Part shown: positions 27,016-36,550 of the stretch, piece after piece | How the letters are laid out: every line of letters begins with the position of its first letter | Position numbering within the stretch: position 1 is the stretch's first letter | Assembly (NCBI GenBank): GCA_045658105.1 | Contig: JAZOUK010000005.1 | Location: forward strand, 90 to 64,089 | DNA: 64,000 nt | Direction: 5' to 3' | Origin: Acutalibacteraceae bacterium | Lineage (GTDB): Bacteria > Bacillota > Clostridia > Oscillospirales > Acutalibacteraceae | Made by a program: the position numbers and the translations under genes | Notes under the pieces: generated by a model | Seen by the model: only the letters and a program-made list of their open reading frames with translations | Database searches by the model: none | Told to the model about the DNA's origin: nothing

Positions 27016-27417
27016 TTAAGCCACTTCATCCCAATAGGTAGGATAATCCTTTGGTGACCAAACACACACTACACCATCAGGAGCTATACAAGTGTATGTT
27101 TTGCCCTCAAAGGTACATTTATCACCGTTGTAATACCACTTGCCGACAATATACTCCGCTACGGTCTGCTCGGTTTCATCAGTTGCCACATTGCCGTTTT
27201 CTAATGCGGTTAACCTTTTGTCGATTTCTTCAAGCTTTGCAATTACATCGGTGCTATTTTCAACCTTTGCACCACCTCTTGCAATTGCCGTAAGCTCCTC
27301 GTATTCGCTATCTGTTAGACTACCCTGCACCCATAAAGAATTAATCTTCTTCATTATATCGGTAAGGTCATATCTTCCATTGTTCAATACATTTTTTACT
27401 ATGTTATACATAATCAT
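27016..27417 (-). CDS. fibre-associated protein with CBM5/12-like C-terminus
   Basis: ...YIVGKWYYNGDKCTFEGKTYTCIAPDGVVCVWSPKDYPTYWDEV resembles chitin-binding type-3 modules. Confidence 0.45.
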   Translation of the reverse strand: MIMYNIVKNVLNNGRYDLTDIMKKINSLWVQGSLTDSEYEELTAIARGGAKVENSTDVIAKLEEIDKRLTALENGNVATDETEQTVAEYIVGKWYYNGDKCTFEGKTYTCIAPDGVVCVWSPKDYPTYWDEVA

Positions 27418-27425
27418 TTACTCCT

Positions 27426-29126
27426 TTAGTTATTTAATAGTGCTACCGATAATTCGTTAAACTTATTATCAATATACATTTTTGTATCTGCATTATAGGT
27501 AAGGTTTATAAATACTCCCTGTGTGTCTGTTCGCAATGTCATATTAGGTGAAACTGGAGTCAATCCATTTACAGTTCCGTCAGCGTTTGCGTTTGCGGTT
27601 TGCTCCGTGTATTCCTCATAAGCTGTAACTTTATTTCCCACTTCTATTTGAATGTTAGAAACAGTTAGTGTTGACCCACCATCATTATAAGAAGGTTCAC
27701 CAGGTTTAAAAAAACACACTCCAAAATGCCAGTAGGCTACAGTATTAGGAATATTTACTGTAATATTACCAACATTATCCTTATACCAAGCATTATAAAA
27801 ACTGTTATAAGCCCAACCACTTATTGTTATGTCAGAATCGGTTAATACCGCTCCGTAAGCACCATAAGGCTGTATAAAAAGCCTTTTATTAGTTCCTTGC
27901 TCAAAATCAGCCGAGAAGCTGTACACTCCTGCAGGATATTTATTAGCTGTATTAATCGCCCACATAGACGCACCGCTACCATTAATACCTATCATTGAAT
28001 TGCCACTAATAACAAAGTTGTTTTCAACAGCGGTATGCCTCAAGTAATAATCCGACTTTGTGCCGATATCAAAAAGGTTTTTTCCATTTCGTATAACACT
28101 TACATCACTTAAATCTGTAACTACGGGCGAGCCAACTCCAATTTGAGGCTTTAAAACCACACTATCATAAAAAATATTTTGGTCGTAAAATACAACATAA
28201 GCATCCATAGAATAAACACTTGGATAGTCTAACAAATTAAATTCATCAGGGCGGCTGTCATCGCCGTCACAAGTGGTAACCAGCTCACCGTCCTTATCGT
28301 AAAACTCAAACCACCACACACAACCATCCAAACCTTCAAACCCTTCCACATTAAAGTAAAAAGTAGTTGATTGTTCGTTGCGTAACCTTTCAATAATATC
28401 AGTATTTTTTTCTACAAAATGGAATAACACTACATTATTTGCCGTACCATCTATTGTTATTGTTCCGTCACCATTATCAGTAATACTAAGTCCGTTTTCA
28501 GTTTTGGTTGTCTCTGCATACGGATAAGGTATTAAGTTTTTTCTTCTTAAATTTACATTTAGTTTGTGCGGCAAAGAAGAAACATCGTTTACCGCCACAA
28601 TCTCACCGCTTGCAGAATTGCGGATGGCATTTGCAAATGTATTATTCGCATAATCAAGGGTTACTTCTCCCGGGTCACCTTTTTCTCCCTTTTCACCTTG
28701 TGGACCTTGAATACCTTGCTCACCGTCTAACACATCGAAGGACTGAGTGCCGTTTACATCTGTTATTGATAATGTGTGTCCTTCCTCTGTTTCTGTAACT
28801 TCTACAGTGGGGGAAAAGCCGTCCTCACCGTTAGCGCCGCTCGGTATTTCAATGTTTGCAATAGCTTCTGCAACGGCTTTCCCGCTCTGAGCCCTATCCG
28901 AATCAGACATATATTTCTTGTCTGTTCCAAATGGTATAAGCTCCAAATCATTCCAATGTGTCATACCGTCTCCAATTTTTAAACCAATTGCTTTCCCGTT
29001 GTTATCTAAAACAAACCCCGGTTCGGTCTGTTCAAGTATTGGGTTTTGACTTTCCCATTCTTCAGCTTTCATTCGATAATATTGGTACACAACATCGGCA
29101 CGAATAATTGTTTTCTCGTTTTCCAT
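27426..29126 (-). CDS. tail fibre with collagen-like repeat
   Basis: GEQGIQGPQGEKGEKGDPGE G-X-Y run, 566 aa, in the late operon. Confidence 0.7.
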   Translation of the reverse strand: MENEKTIIRADVVYQYYRMKAEEWESQNPILEQTEPGFVLDNNGKAIGLKIGDGMTHWNDLELIPFGTDKKYMSDSDRAQSGKAVAEAIANIEIPSGANGEDGFSPTVEVTETEEGHTLSITDVNGTQSFDVLDGEQGIQGPQGEKGEKGDPGEVTLDYANNTFANAIRNSASGEIVAVNDVSSLPHKLNVNLRRKNLIPYPYAETTKTENGLSITDNGDGTITIDGTANNVVLFHFVEKNTDIIERLRNEQSTTFYFNVEGFEGLDGCVWWFEFYDKDGELVTTCDGDDSRPDEFNLLDYPSVYSMDAYVVFYDQNIFYDSVVLKPQIGVGSPVVTDLSDVSVIRNGKNLFDIGTKSDYYLRHTAVENNFVISGNSMIGINGSGASMWAINTANKYPAGVYSFSADFEQGTNKRLFIQPYGAYGAVLTDSDITISGWAYNSFYNAWYKDNVGNITVNIPNTVAYWHFGVCFFKPGEPSYNDGGSTLTVSNIQIEVGNKVTAYEEYTEQTANANADGTVNGLTPVSPNMTLRTDTQGVFINLTYNADTKMYIDNKFNELSVALLNN

Positions 29127-29131
29127 TTAAA

Positions 29132-30307
29132 TTACCCCTTCCATATGCCAATTGCATGGAATGCTACTTTATATTCTGTAATACTTATTAGAGCATTTTC
29201 ATCTGTGTATGGGCGGACTGCTATATAATCACCTGTATAAGATTTAGACATTTTACATTCACTTCCCCCTCTTACAGATAACCACATACCGTGTCCATTT
29301 GGCAAAATCTGAGCGTTCAATATCGGTGTTTCAAAGAACAAACCCTTGGGAAATGCGGAACTCGCAGGCGCTTTATCGGTAACGTTTAGCGTAACATCGT
29401 TTGCTCCAAGCCAATTGCTCCACGGTTTTTCAATGTTATTTAAAGAAACAGTCTTAGTTCCCCAACATTCCGCAACACCGCTGTTCCATTTACGATATAC
29501 CCAAATATCACTTACACCTTGCTCTAACACATAGTCGCTCTGTTGGTTGAACGTTTCGTCAATTTTGTCTTGGAGTTTTGCAGATTCAGTATCTATTTTT
29601 TCTGTAAACTCATTTGCGGCTTTTTCTACCTCGTCGTCTACATACTTTTTAACAACATTGTTTTCAACGGGATTTTTGCTTGTGTTTGACATTTCGTTGT
29701 CTACAACATATTTAATATCAAAATCCGCATTTCCTCTGTTACCGTCTAATATCCATGCAGAACCCTGGGTCAATGCAGTATGCGCCTTCACGGTATCATT
29801 ACGCGCTTGGGTGGCAGTCTGAGCATCTGCCGCAGCGCTTTCCGCGCTTTCCCTCGCCACCATTGCTAATGTGGTAATGCTTTCGTAATCCTCGCCGTCT
29901 GTTTCTTCTGCTTCAGGCAAGGATTTCAGCATCATTTTCACACAGTAGGAATACAGCTCCATTTCGGTTTTTTCGCCGTCTGTAAGAGTAATTACAAGAT
30001 AAACCTGTATAGTGCCTCCATAGTGTGTCTGCCATTCTGCAATCATATGTGAAACGGTTGTTTCATTATTCAGGTCAAGCGCTACAGGGTCAGTTGATAT
30101 TTTGCCGCCTACACCGTCATATAAATCGAAACGATAAAATAACTGCTTGCCATCATTCGATAATTCAATCAGTTTATCTTTTAAACCGTCTTCAAAAGAA
30201 AAATCCAATCGGGTCGCATTCTTTTCCCCCTGCACTCCTCCACGTTGCAGATTTGTTACGGCTATGCTTTTGTCGGTAACTGTAAATTCAAAAATTCTTA
30301 TTGACAT
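29132..30307 (-). CDS. tail fibre / receptor-binding-type protein
   Basis: 391 aa. C-terminal ...VYRKWNSGVAECWGTKTV... is typical of prophage fibre tip domains as I recall them. Confidence 0.5.
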   Translation of the reverse strand: MSIRIFEFTVTDKSIAVTNLQRGGVQGEKNATRLDFSFEDGLKDKLIELSNDGKQLFYRFDLYDGVGGKISTDPVALDLNNETTVSHMIAEWQTHYGGTIQVYLVITLTDGEKTEMELYSYCVKMMLKSLPEAEETDGEDYESITTLAMVARESAESAAADAQTATQARNDTVKAHTALTQGSAWILDGNRGNADFDIKYVVDNEMSNTSKNPVENNVVKKYVDDEVEKAANEFTEKIDTESAKLQDKIDETFNQQSDYVLEQGVSDIWVYRKWNSGVAECWGTKTVSLNNIEKPWSNWLGANDVTLNVTDKAPASSAFPKGLFFETPILNAQILPNGHGMWLSVRGGSECKMSKSYTGDYIAVRPYTDENALISITEYKVAFHAIGIWKG

Positions 30308-30372
30308 AATAGCCTCCTGTTATAACAAAGACGGCAACCGCAAAACACAGGCTGCCGTCCTCTCAAATTACT

Positions 30373-30612
30373 TTAATTTCCTATTGTCTCTTTGATTCTT
30401 GCAAGCTTTTCAGTCTTATTACTGCAGCCGTCTAAGGATATTCCCTTCTCTCCGGCAAAAGTCTCCAGCTGTGCTACGGTCATTCTGTCAAGCTCAATCC
30501 CATTGTCCAACTCGGTAGCTAAGATAAAGCCCGCATTTAGCAACTCATCCCGCTTTTGCTCAGTTTCTGCCGTTTTATGGGCATTGCCGTAACGGTTTAC
30601 AAGTTTAAACAT
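30373..30612 (-). CDS. small head-associated protein with SAP/HeH-like motif
   Basis: MTVAQLETFAGEKGISLDG. Located just downstream of the major capsid gene. Confidence 0.4.
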   Translation of the reverse strand: MFKLVNRYGNAHKTAETEQKRDELLNAGFILATELDNGIELDRMTVAQLETFAGEKGISLDGCSNKTEKLARIKETIGN

Positions 30613-30626
30613 TCAACCACCTCCGA

Positions 30627-31514
30627 TTAAGAAAGTGCAAATATTGTCTTCTTACGGCTGGTCTTAACAATAAGGTCGTAATAAAGGCGGAAGTTGATTT
30701 TATAAGCATCATAATCCTCAACCTGTTCAGGATTAAGCACGTTAATTTTGTCAACCTTCTTAATAAACGAAGCGCTGTCCTTAGGCATTACTACAGCTCT
30801 TACATCCACAGCTGTTGAGGTAGGTGCAAAGCCTGCATTAGGCTTAAAATCGAAATCAGATTTCATTCTTGACGCCGACACAGGTATAATAGAACAACCG
30901 TTCAAATTCTTCACCTTAAGATTGATTTCACCCTGCTTAAAATCGCTGACTGTAATATATCTCTGCAATTCGGCAGTAGTCATAAGCAAATTGTAAAGAG
31001 TCGGGTCAACCATTGCTATAAGAGAAGTTGCTCCGTCATACTCCATTGCCGCCTCTGCTTTGTTTATAAGACTGAGTAAATCTGCGACAGCCGTTTTCGT
31101 TTCGAAGCTAACTGTGTTGGTATTTGCTGCAGCAATCTTATAAAGTGCCGAGATATTATAGGCATCCATTTCAGGAACTGCCTGTGTGCGTGTAAATTCT
31201 CCAACCATCTGTCCCACAAGATTTGAAACACCACTCTCATCAACGTCCTGCGCATCAATAAATAGCTGTGCTCCTCTTTCCTGAGTAAGTGTATAGGGTG
31301 TATGCACTAAGGTCGCATCACTCTTTGGATAACCTCCTGTTCTGCTATAATCTCCCAAGCCCTGAAGGCTAAGCTCAGGAAGATAAACCGTTTTACTTCC
31401 CGAAAACTTTGCTCTAAAAGCATTATCAGCTAAAAAGCCTGTTTTGGCGGTTTGAACTATCATTTTGTCAAGCTCGCCGGTATATTTTTCTGCATAATTA
31501 ATTGTATTTGCCAT
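30627..31514 (-). CDS. major capsid protein
   Basis: 295 aa following the scaffold-like gene. MANTINYAEKYTGELDKM...KTVYLPELSLQGLGDYSRTGGYP matches a capsid family common in Firmicute phages (from memory). Confidence 0.7.
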   Translation of the reverse strand: MANTINYAEKYTGELDKMIVQTAKTGFLADNAFRAKFSGSKTVYLPELSLQGLGDYSRTGGYPKSDATLVHTPYTLTQERGAQLFIDAQDVDESGVSNLVGQMVGEFTRTQAVPEMDAYNISALYKIAAANTNTVSFETKTAVADLLSLINKAEAAMEYDGATSLIAMVDPTLYNLLMTTAELQRYITVSDFKQGEINLKVKNLNGCSIIPVSASRMKSDFDFKPNAGFAPTSTAVDVRAVVMPKDSASFIKKVDKINVLNPEQVEDYDAYKINFRLYYDLIVKTSRKKTIFALS

Positions 31515-31543
31515 AATAATTTTCTCCTTTGTTTTTTAAATTT

Positions 31544-32326
31544 TTACCTTCCCCATAAACCGCTTAAATATCCTTTTTCTTCTGCAGTTTGGGTTTCAAT
31601 ATTGTCGCTGCTCATCGAGCCGGCTGTTTTCTTTGCAGCTTCCTCAGCCTGAGCCTTGGCTGCCGCTATGTTTTTTGCCTCCTTGTGCTTATACTGTAGA
31701 TAAGCATTAAGAAGCTTTTCTCCCCCAAAGCCTGCCTGCTTTACAGTTTTAGGTAAATCCTTAAACGTCTTGCCCTCAAGCTCGGGAAATTCTGATACAA
31801 GTCCTGCAAATTCCTCCGCAAGTCTTGTCTCGGTGCTTTCTTCGGCAGTTTTTTCATCTGCCTTAGCTTTAGCAATCATATCATCATAAGCTTTTTTATG
31901 CTTTTGCTTCTGAAAAGCCATCATTTCATTGATAATACTTTCATCATCACCGTACTTATCAATAATCTGCTTGCGCATATCAGCCTCTTGATTCTGTAAC
32001 TGCTGTTCTATGTACTGCTCGCGAGTAACACCGTTAATAGCGGCAAGATAATCAATTTTAGAAATTACGGGCTCTAATTTTTCATAGTTCATACCCATTT
32101 GAGCATATTTTACAGCCTCGTCGCGACTAAGGCTCTTTGAATTCTTATAAAACTCAACATCTAAAAAGCTTTCATCTGCCGGTACATCCGCTTCTGACTG
32201 TTCCTCTGTCACCTCTTCTGCCTGCGGTCGAGCATTATCAGATTCAGTCTCTACTGTCTCGCTTGGTTCGCCTTCATTCGGTACGGTCGCCTCCTGTAAA
32301 GCTTCCATTGTTTCCATTCCTTCCAT
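31544..32326 (-). CDS. scaffolding protein
   Basis: Acidic, Ala/Glu/Lys-rich and coiled-coil, immediately upstream of the capsid gene. Confidence 0.55.
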   Translation of the reverse strand: MEGMETMEALQEATVPNEGEPSETVETESDNARPQAEEVTEEQSEADVPADESFLDVEFYKNSKSLSRDEAVKYAQMGMNYEKLEPVISKIDYLAAINGVTREQYIEQQLQNQEADMRKQIIDKYGDDESIINEMMAFQKQKHKKAYDDMIAKAKADEKTAEESTETRLAEEFAGLVSEFPELEGKTFKDLPKTVKQAGFGGEKLLNAYLQYKHKEAKNIAAAKAQAEEAAKKTAGSMSSDNIETQTAEEKGYLSGLWGR

Positions 32327-32389
32327 AATTTTCTCCTTTCTCCCTACGGTCGGGGAGCTTGTTATAATTAAACCGTTTTAACGGTGTAA

Positions 32390-32590
32390 TTAACTTTGTT
32401 CGTCACCATTGTAACTATTAAAATTGTCAAAATCCCTTTTGTCTCTTTCAAGCTTCCGTTTCTCGGTCTCTGTAAGCTCAGGAGCCTTTTTCTCTTTTAA
32501 GGCAACACCTTTTACTGCTGCATACAAAAAACCGCTTAGAAACGAAGCAAAGCAACATAAAACAATTAAAACTGCCAATGCAAAATACAT
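32390..32590 (-). CDS. small membrane protein
   Basis: MYFALAVLIVLCCFASFLSGFLYAAV TM helix plus a charged tail. I prefer the ATG at 32590 (AAGGATGGGA RBS) over the track start at 32602. Confidence 0.45.
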   Translation of the reverse strand: MYFALAVLIVLCCFASFLSGFLYAAVKGVALKEKKAPELTETEKRKLERDKRDFDNFNSYNGDEQS

Positions 32591-32592
32591 TT

Positions 32593-33930
32593 TTATTCCC
32601 ATCCTTCTTTAAAATCGTCCTGTGTAATGCTGTATTGTGATTCCTGCGTTCTTCGCCTGACCTTCGGGTCCTCGGGGCGAAAGAACTTAACATCCTCAAA
32701 GGCATAGCGCAAAGCATCACATAAATGATTGTTATTATCCTCAGGCTCATTCAGTGGTTTGTCGGTCTGCCTGTCCTTTTTCCAACAGTAGCTGGAAAGC
32801 TCCGAAATCATATTGCTGCACCGTGGGTGAACAAAGATTTTATACTCCTGAAGCTTTGCTATACCGTTTACAACACTGTCCTTACCTTTTACCGATGGTA
32901 TTATTCGGCTTATTCCGAGCCGCCTTAAGTCATCATTCGACTTCGGCTCTGCTGCATCGGCGCGGATGCGCTCCTTTGCAAAGCCTTTTTTCTTTATCAT
33001 AGCGGCTATATCAGAGTTAAGCATTTTGTGTTCATAATGCTCGTCATAAATGAATATCTCTTTGCTTATTGGATTAACCGCAAAGGCTATAAAGGCTGTA
33101 GGGTCATTCGTATAACCGTAATCAAGACCGAAAAAGTGCCTGTATTGCCATTCGGTTTTATCTTCAGAGCCTAATTTGTCCGGTTCAAATTCAACCTTCT
33201 CCCAGTTTTCAAATACAAGACCTTCAGCAATACCCCACTCGCCAAGACCTGCAACGGCGTATCTGCGATAGTTCCGTTCCTTAAGCTCTTGCATTGCAGT
33301 ATGGTATTCTGGGCTCAAATGCTCATTGCACAGATAATTCGTTGAATAGGTTGTAACCAATGAAGATTCTTCATCGAAAAAGCGTGATTTCAGCCAATGC
33401 GTTTCGCTCCAAGGGTTGAAGGTCAGCGTTGTTTGGTTAAATAACGGCTCAGGCAGCTTACTTCTCGGAACGGAAAGGTCGAGCTTCTCGAAATCCGTAC
33501 CGCTTTCAATCTCATAAGCCTCCTCAATCCACACCCAGCAAAGATAGCCCTTTGATACGGTGGTCGAAGCAAGCTTAAGAACATCGTCAAAGCCTCTGAA
33601 GAGTATCTTTTGTCCGGTAGGAATATACACCATTTCCATAGGTGATACCGTATTGCGCCACAGTTGGCTCACACCAAGCATTTCCTGAGCCAATTTAAGC
33701 TGAGCAAATGTACTGTCGCGGTGTGTATTCATAACTGCTCTTACTACAAGCAGATTACTTTCGGGATATTTCATCAGCCTGTAAATATAATTCAGCGCCG
33801 TTGTGGTGCTCTTTTTACTGCCTTTACCACCTTTTAAAACCCTGTAACGGCTTTTATCATTCCAAAACTTACCGTATCCGCCGCCAACTATGTCAGGCAG
33901 ATATATTCGTTTGCTATTCGGCAATTTCAT
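32593..33930 (-). CDS. terminase large subunit (PBSX/XtmB-like)
   Basis: YRVLKGGKGSKKSTTTAL Walker A, WVWIEEAYE Walker B-like, and C-terminal nuclease-like HLCDALRYA. I chose the start at MKLPNSKR (33930). Confidence 0.85.
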   Translation of the reverse strand: MKLPNSKRIYLPDIVGGGYGKFWNDKSRYRVLKGGKGSKKSTTTALNYIYRLMKYPESNLLVVRAVMNTHRDSTFAQLKLAQEMLGVSQLWRNTVSPMEMVYIPTGQKILFRGFDDVLKLASTTVSKGYLCWVWIEEAYEIESGTDFEKLDLSVPRSKLPEPLFNQTTLTFNPWSETHWLKSRFFDEESSLVTTYSTNYLCNEHLSPEYHTAMQELKERNYRRYAVAGLGEWGIAEGLVFENWEKVEFEPDKLGSEDKTEWQYRHFFGLDYGYTNDPTAFIAFAVNPISKEIFIYDEHYEHKMLNSDIAAMIKKKGFAKERIRADAAEPKSNDDLRRLGISRIIPSVKGKDSVVNGIAKLQEYKIFVHPRCSNMISELSSYCWKKDRQTDKPLNEPEDNNNHLCDALRYAFEDVKFFRPEDPKVRRRTQESQYSITQDDFKEGWE

Positions 33931-34264
33931 CCTCACCACTAATAAACACAACACCGCCGCTAATATCGATTTCATCCTTCGGTTTCTCACCTGATGTATC
34001 TCTCACCCAATCGGCGGCCGCTTTATCTCCGGCAAGCGCCTTGAGAACCATAGCAAACGCAATTCCGTTATCGTTTGTTGTATCCACGCCGCTTTTTTTA
34101 AGGTATTTTCTGAGCTCGCTCATTTCTGATGGAACTTTCCCCTGCAGAGCTTTTTTAACCGCAGCTCTGAGTCTTCGAGCCTCTCCACTTGCTTTTCCGC
34201 CATTCGACTGTTCTTCAAGTGTTAATATATGCGCCTGAGGTTTTAAGTTCTGTTCATTTGCCAT
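33914..34264 (-). CDS. putative terminase small subunit
   Basis: First gene of the late operon, overlapping terL. MANEQNLKPQAHILTLEEQSNGGKASGEARR basic N-terminus. RBS AAGGATGGTGA. Confidence 0.5.
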   Translation of the reverse strand: MANEQNLKPQAHILTLEEQSNGGKASGEARRLRAAVKKALQGKVPSEMSELRKYLKKSGVDTTNDNGIAFAMVLKALAGDKAAADWVRDTSGEKPKDEIDISGGVVFISGEDEIAE

Positions 34265-34406
34265 CTTCTCACCATCCTTACTTTTTAATTTTACCAAATT
34301 CATATGTCGCAATGTCACCTCTAAACTAAGAAAATTTTTTAACTGTTTTTTCCAGTGTTTATGCGGCTTTGCGACACTTTTTAAAAAATCATTTCAAATT
34401 TTTCCT

Positions 34407-34446
34407 AAAAATAAAAAACGGATAAAGCAATAAAGCCTCATCCGTT
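34407..34446 (-). terminator. terminator closing the early/middle operon
   Basis: Minus strand AACGGAT-gaggctttattgcttt-ATCCGTT followed by TTTTATTTTT. Confidence 0.6.
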
Positions 34447-34452
34447 CTCTCG

Positions 34453-34671
34453 TTAATTATATTTTTTGTTTACAAGCTTGTAGTAAGGGCAACTGTTATA
34501 ATTAAAACAATTACAATACTTTCCCTTGAAAAGCATTTTCTTATTACTGCTTCTGAATGTCTGTGTACAGGTTTCACTCACAGTCCCTTCACACTTGATT
34601 ATTTTTTCATTTTCTCCTTTATAAAAAGGACATTTAACATCATTAGACTTATAATTTGGCATCCATATCAC
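34453..34671 (-). CDS. Cys-rich hypothetical protein
   Basis: 72 aa with 8 Cys (CPFYKG..KCEG..CTQ..CNCFNYNSCPYY). Confidence 0.5.
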   Translation of the reverse strand: MIWMPNYKSNDVKCPFYKGENEKIIKCEGTVSETCTQTFRSSNKKMLFKGKYCNCFNYNSCPYYKLVNKKYN

Positions 34672-34991
34672 TCCGTTTCAAAAAAGTCCTCAAGTCTTAT
34701 ACCAACATCTCTGAGCTGTATTTCACAAATATCCGGCACATCATCATCCTTTACCTCGTATCGTTCAATGTGGCGGTTTTGCATTTCCTTAAGCTTACTG
34801 AAAAATCTTTTAAGCCGTTTTTTTCCAAAACCGAAATCAAAATGAAGTATGTGCATAATCTGTAAAATGACCATCTTATTATACTGTTCGAGATATTTGT
34901 GGAAAACTCTTTCACATTCCTGATTAAGCACCTTCTTTTGGTTTGCATTCGGCTGGTTCCTGTAAATCCTGCTTACTGCTCTGCACTTCAT
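34668..34991 (-). CDS. hypothetical early protein
   Basis: 107 aa, ATGA-coupled at both ends. Confidence 0.5.
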   Translation of the reverse strand: MKCRAVSRIYRNQPNANQKKVLNQECERVFHKYLEQYNKMVILQIMHILHFDFGFGKKRLKRFFSKLKEMQNRHIERYEVKDDDVPDICEIQLRDVGIRLEDFFETE

Positions 34992-35098
34992 TTAAATTTC
35001 TCCTCGTCTTTATTTACCAACATTATAGCCATTACAAGCACACCTATAAAACCGCCAACGGCCAAACCGACTGATAAGCCTATTAAGAAATTAGTCAT
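34988..35098 (-). CDS. 36-aa single-TM peptide
   Basis: MTNFLIGLSVGLAVGGFIGVLVMAIMLVNKDEEKFK. ATGA overlaps with both neighbours. Below the track cutoff. Confidence 0.4.
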   Translation of the reverse strand: MTNFLIGLSVGLAVGGFIGVLVMAIMLVNKDEEKFK

Positions 35099-35844
35099 TT
35101 ATCCTCACCCACCAATTCTTTTAAGAGGTTGTTAAGCATATCAAGTATATTATGTTGTTTAGCCACAAGTCCGTCTAAATAACCCTCTCTGTATTCGTTT
35201 GTTTTACCTGTCAAATTAACATCAACAGGTGTATTAACTATTTTTTCTCGCATTTCTTCAATACACTGCTTATACATTTCGATTTTTGTATCAATAATTT
35301 CCTTTGACAAAGATGAGTTTTCTATTTTTAACTTCTCATTCTCTTCATCAAGCCTTTTGCATATAGCAAATTGAGTATTAAATTCATTTTGATAATAGTC
35401 TGCTCTTTCTGTTTCATTTCCCCAAGGTGTTGACATAATATTTTCCTCCAATTCTTTTTTAAGTGCAGTTATATCTTGTAAACTGACACCTTTAACAATA
35501 AACCAATTGCCAAAGAATTTATTTTTTCTTACAATAGCCTTATTTAATCTTTCAAAAACCTCTTTATATATTTCTGCTTTTATTCTTTTAACTAAAACGG
35601 ATTCATAATCGTCTGCTGCTTGGCACTCCGATTTCAAACTCTTTATCTCTTCTTTTTGGCGGTTGATTTCTTTTTCTGCCATTGCAATGGCTCTGCGACC
35701 TGCTTGAATTAAGCATACTTCGATACAATCTTCACCACCGCTTTCATTTTTGTAAGAATTAAAAAACTCTTTTACATCTTTCTCAAAATATTTCGCTCTT
35801 TCTTCGAATGTTAATTGATTTCGTGCTACTTCACTATTTGACAT
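35095..35844 (-). CDS. coiled-coil hypothetical protein
   Basis: 249 aa, Glu/Lys-rich. Confidence 0.5.
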   Translation of the reverse strand: MSNSEVARNQLTFEERAKYFEKDVKEFFNSYKNESGGEDCIEVCLIQAGRRAIAMAEKEINRQKEEIKSLKSECQAADDYESVLVKRIKAEIYKEVFERLNKAIVRKNKFFGNWFIVKGVSLQDITALKKELEENIMSTPWGNETERADYYQNEFNTQFAICKRLDEENEKLKIENSSLSKEIIDTKIEMYKQCIEEMREKIVNTPVDVNLTGKTNEYREGYLDGLVAKQHNILDMLNNLLKELVGEDK

Positions 35845-35845
35845 A

Positions 35846-36124
35846 TTATTGTTCCTCCGTTTTTATATTTTTATTTTCGATTATTTCATATAACCTTTTA
35901 TTATCAGCTTCAAAACAATCTCTTTCCCAAGCACATTGTTTATATGCGTTTTTCAACCTTTCATTCTCCGCTTGTAGGCGGTCAAACAGTTCGATAAATT
36001 GTTTTATCAAACTATTAACGCAAGTGCTACAACAACCTTTGCCTATTAAATCACAATTCTGACAACCTACTTTTGCCTTATATTTCAAAAGTTCTTTAAT
36101 ATCTGTTAGTTTTTTATCGGGCAT
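35846..36124 (-). CDS. hypothetical protein (Cys cluster + coiled coil)
   Basis: GCQNCDLIGKGCCSTC. Confidence 0.45.
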   Translation of the reverse strand: MPDKKLTDIKELLKYKAKVGCQNCDLIGKGCCSTCVNSLIKQFIELFDRLQAENERLKNAYKQCAWERDCFEADNKRLYEIIENKNIKTEEQ

Positions 36125-36372
36125 TATACCTCAAATCCTTTCTTCTTTGACATTTCAACGAATTTATCCCAATGTTTAGGGTGGCAATAAAGCACTTTTT
36201 CGTTAAGAAGTTCTGCACCTATCAATCCACGAAAAGGCACAAGGGTTTCTCCATACCGCTTTACCCACTTCTTTTGGATTCTGCGTTTCTTATGTTTTCG
36301 TTTAGGGACATAGGTTACACAACTTTCTGTTACAAATACTTTAACCCCGTTAAAATATCCTTGTGGTTTCAT
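36124..36372 (-). CDS. hypothetical basic protein
   Basis: 82 aa, contains KRKHKKRRIQKKW. Confidence 0.45.
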   Translation of the reverse strand: MKPQGYFNGVKVFVTESCVTYVPKRKHKKRRIQKKWVKRYGETLVPFRGLIGAELLNEKVLYCHPKHWDKFVEMSKKKGFEV

Positions 36373-36388
36373 TCTCCCTCACGCTCCT

Positions 36389-36550
36389 TTATATAAAAAA
36401 TAACTGAAGTATAAACATCACTTCCGCACCGAAACAGAAAGTCGCAATATAACCAAATGCCGTTTGTACTGTTGGATTTTTAAAGCGTTTTCCAAAAATC
36501 ATACAAAATAGAAATATAAACTTGAATATAAAAAAAGGTATATCATTCAT
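36389..36550 (-). CDS. 53-aa two-TM membrane peptide (moron-like insert)
   Basis: MNDIPFFIFKFIFLFCMIFGKRFKNPTVQTAFGYIATFCFGAEVMFILQLFFI. Its ATG overlaps the yopX TGA. It is flanked by duplicated AAGGAGCGTGAGGG junctions. Confidence 0.4.
   Translation of the reverse strand: MNDIPFFIFKFIFLFCMIFGKRFKNPTVQTAFGYIATFCFGAEVMFILQLFFI

Noticed and set aside
28650-28730. Collagen-like G-X-Y repeat in the tail fibre as a diversity-generating retroelement target.
   Set aside because: No reverse transcriptase and no template/variable repeat pair anywhere in the window.
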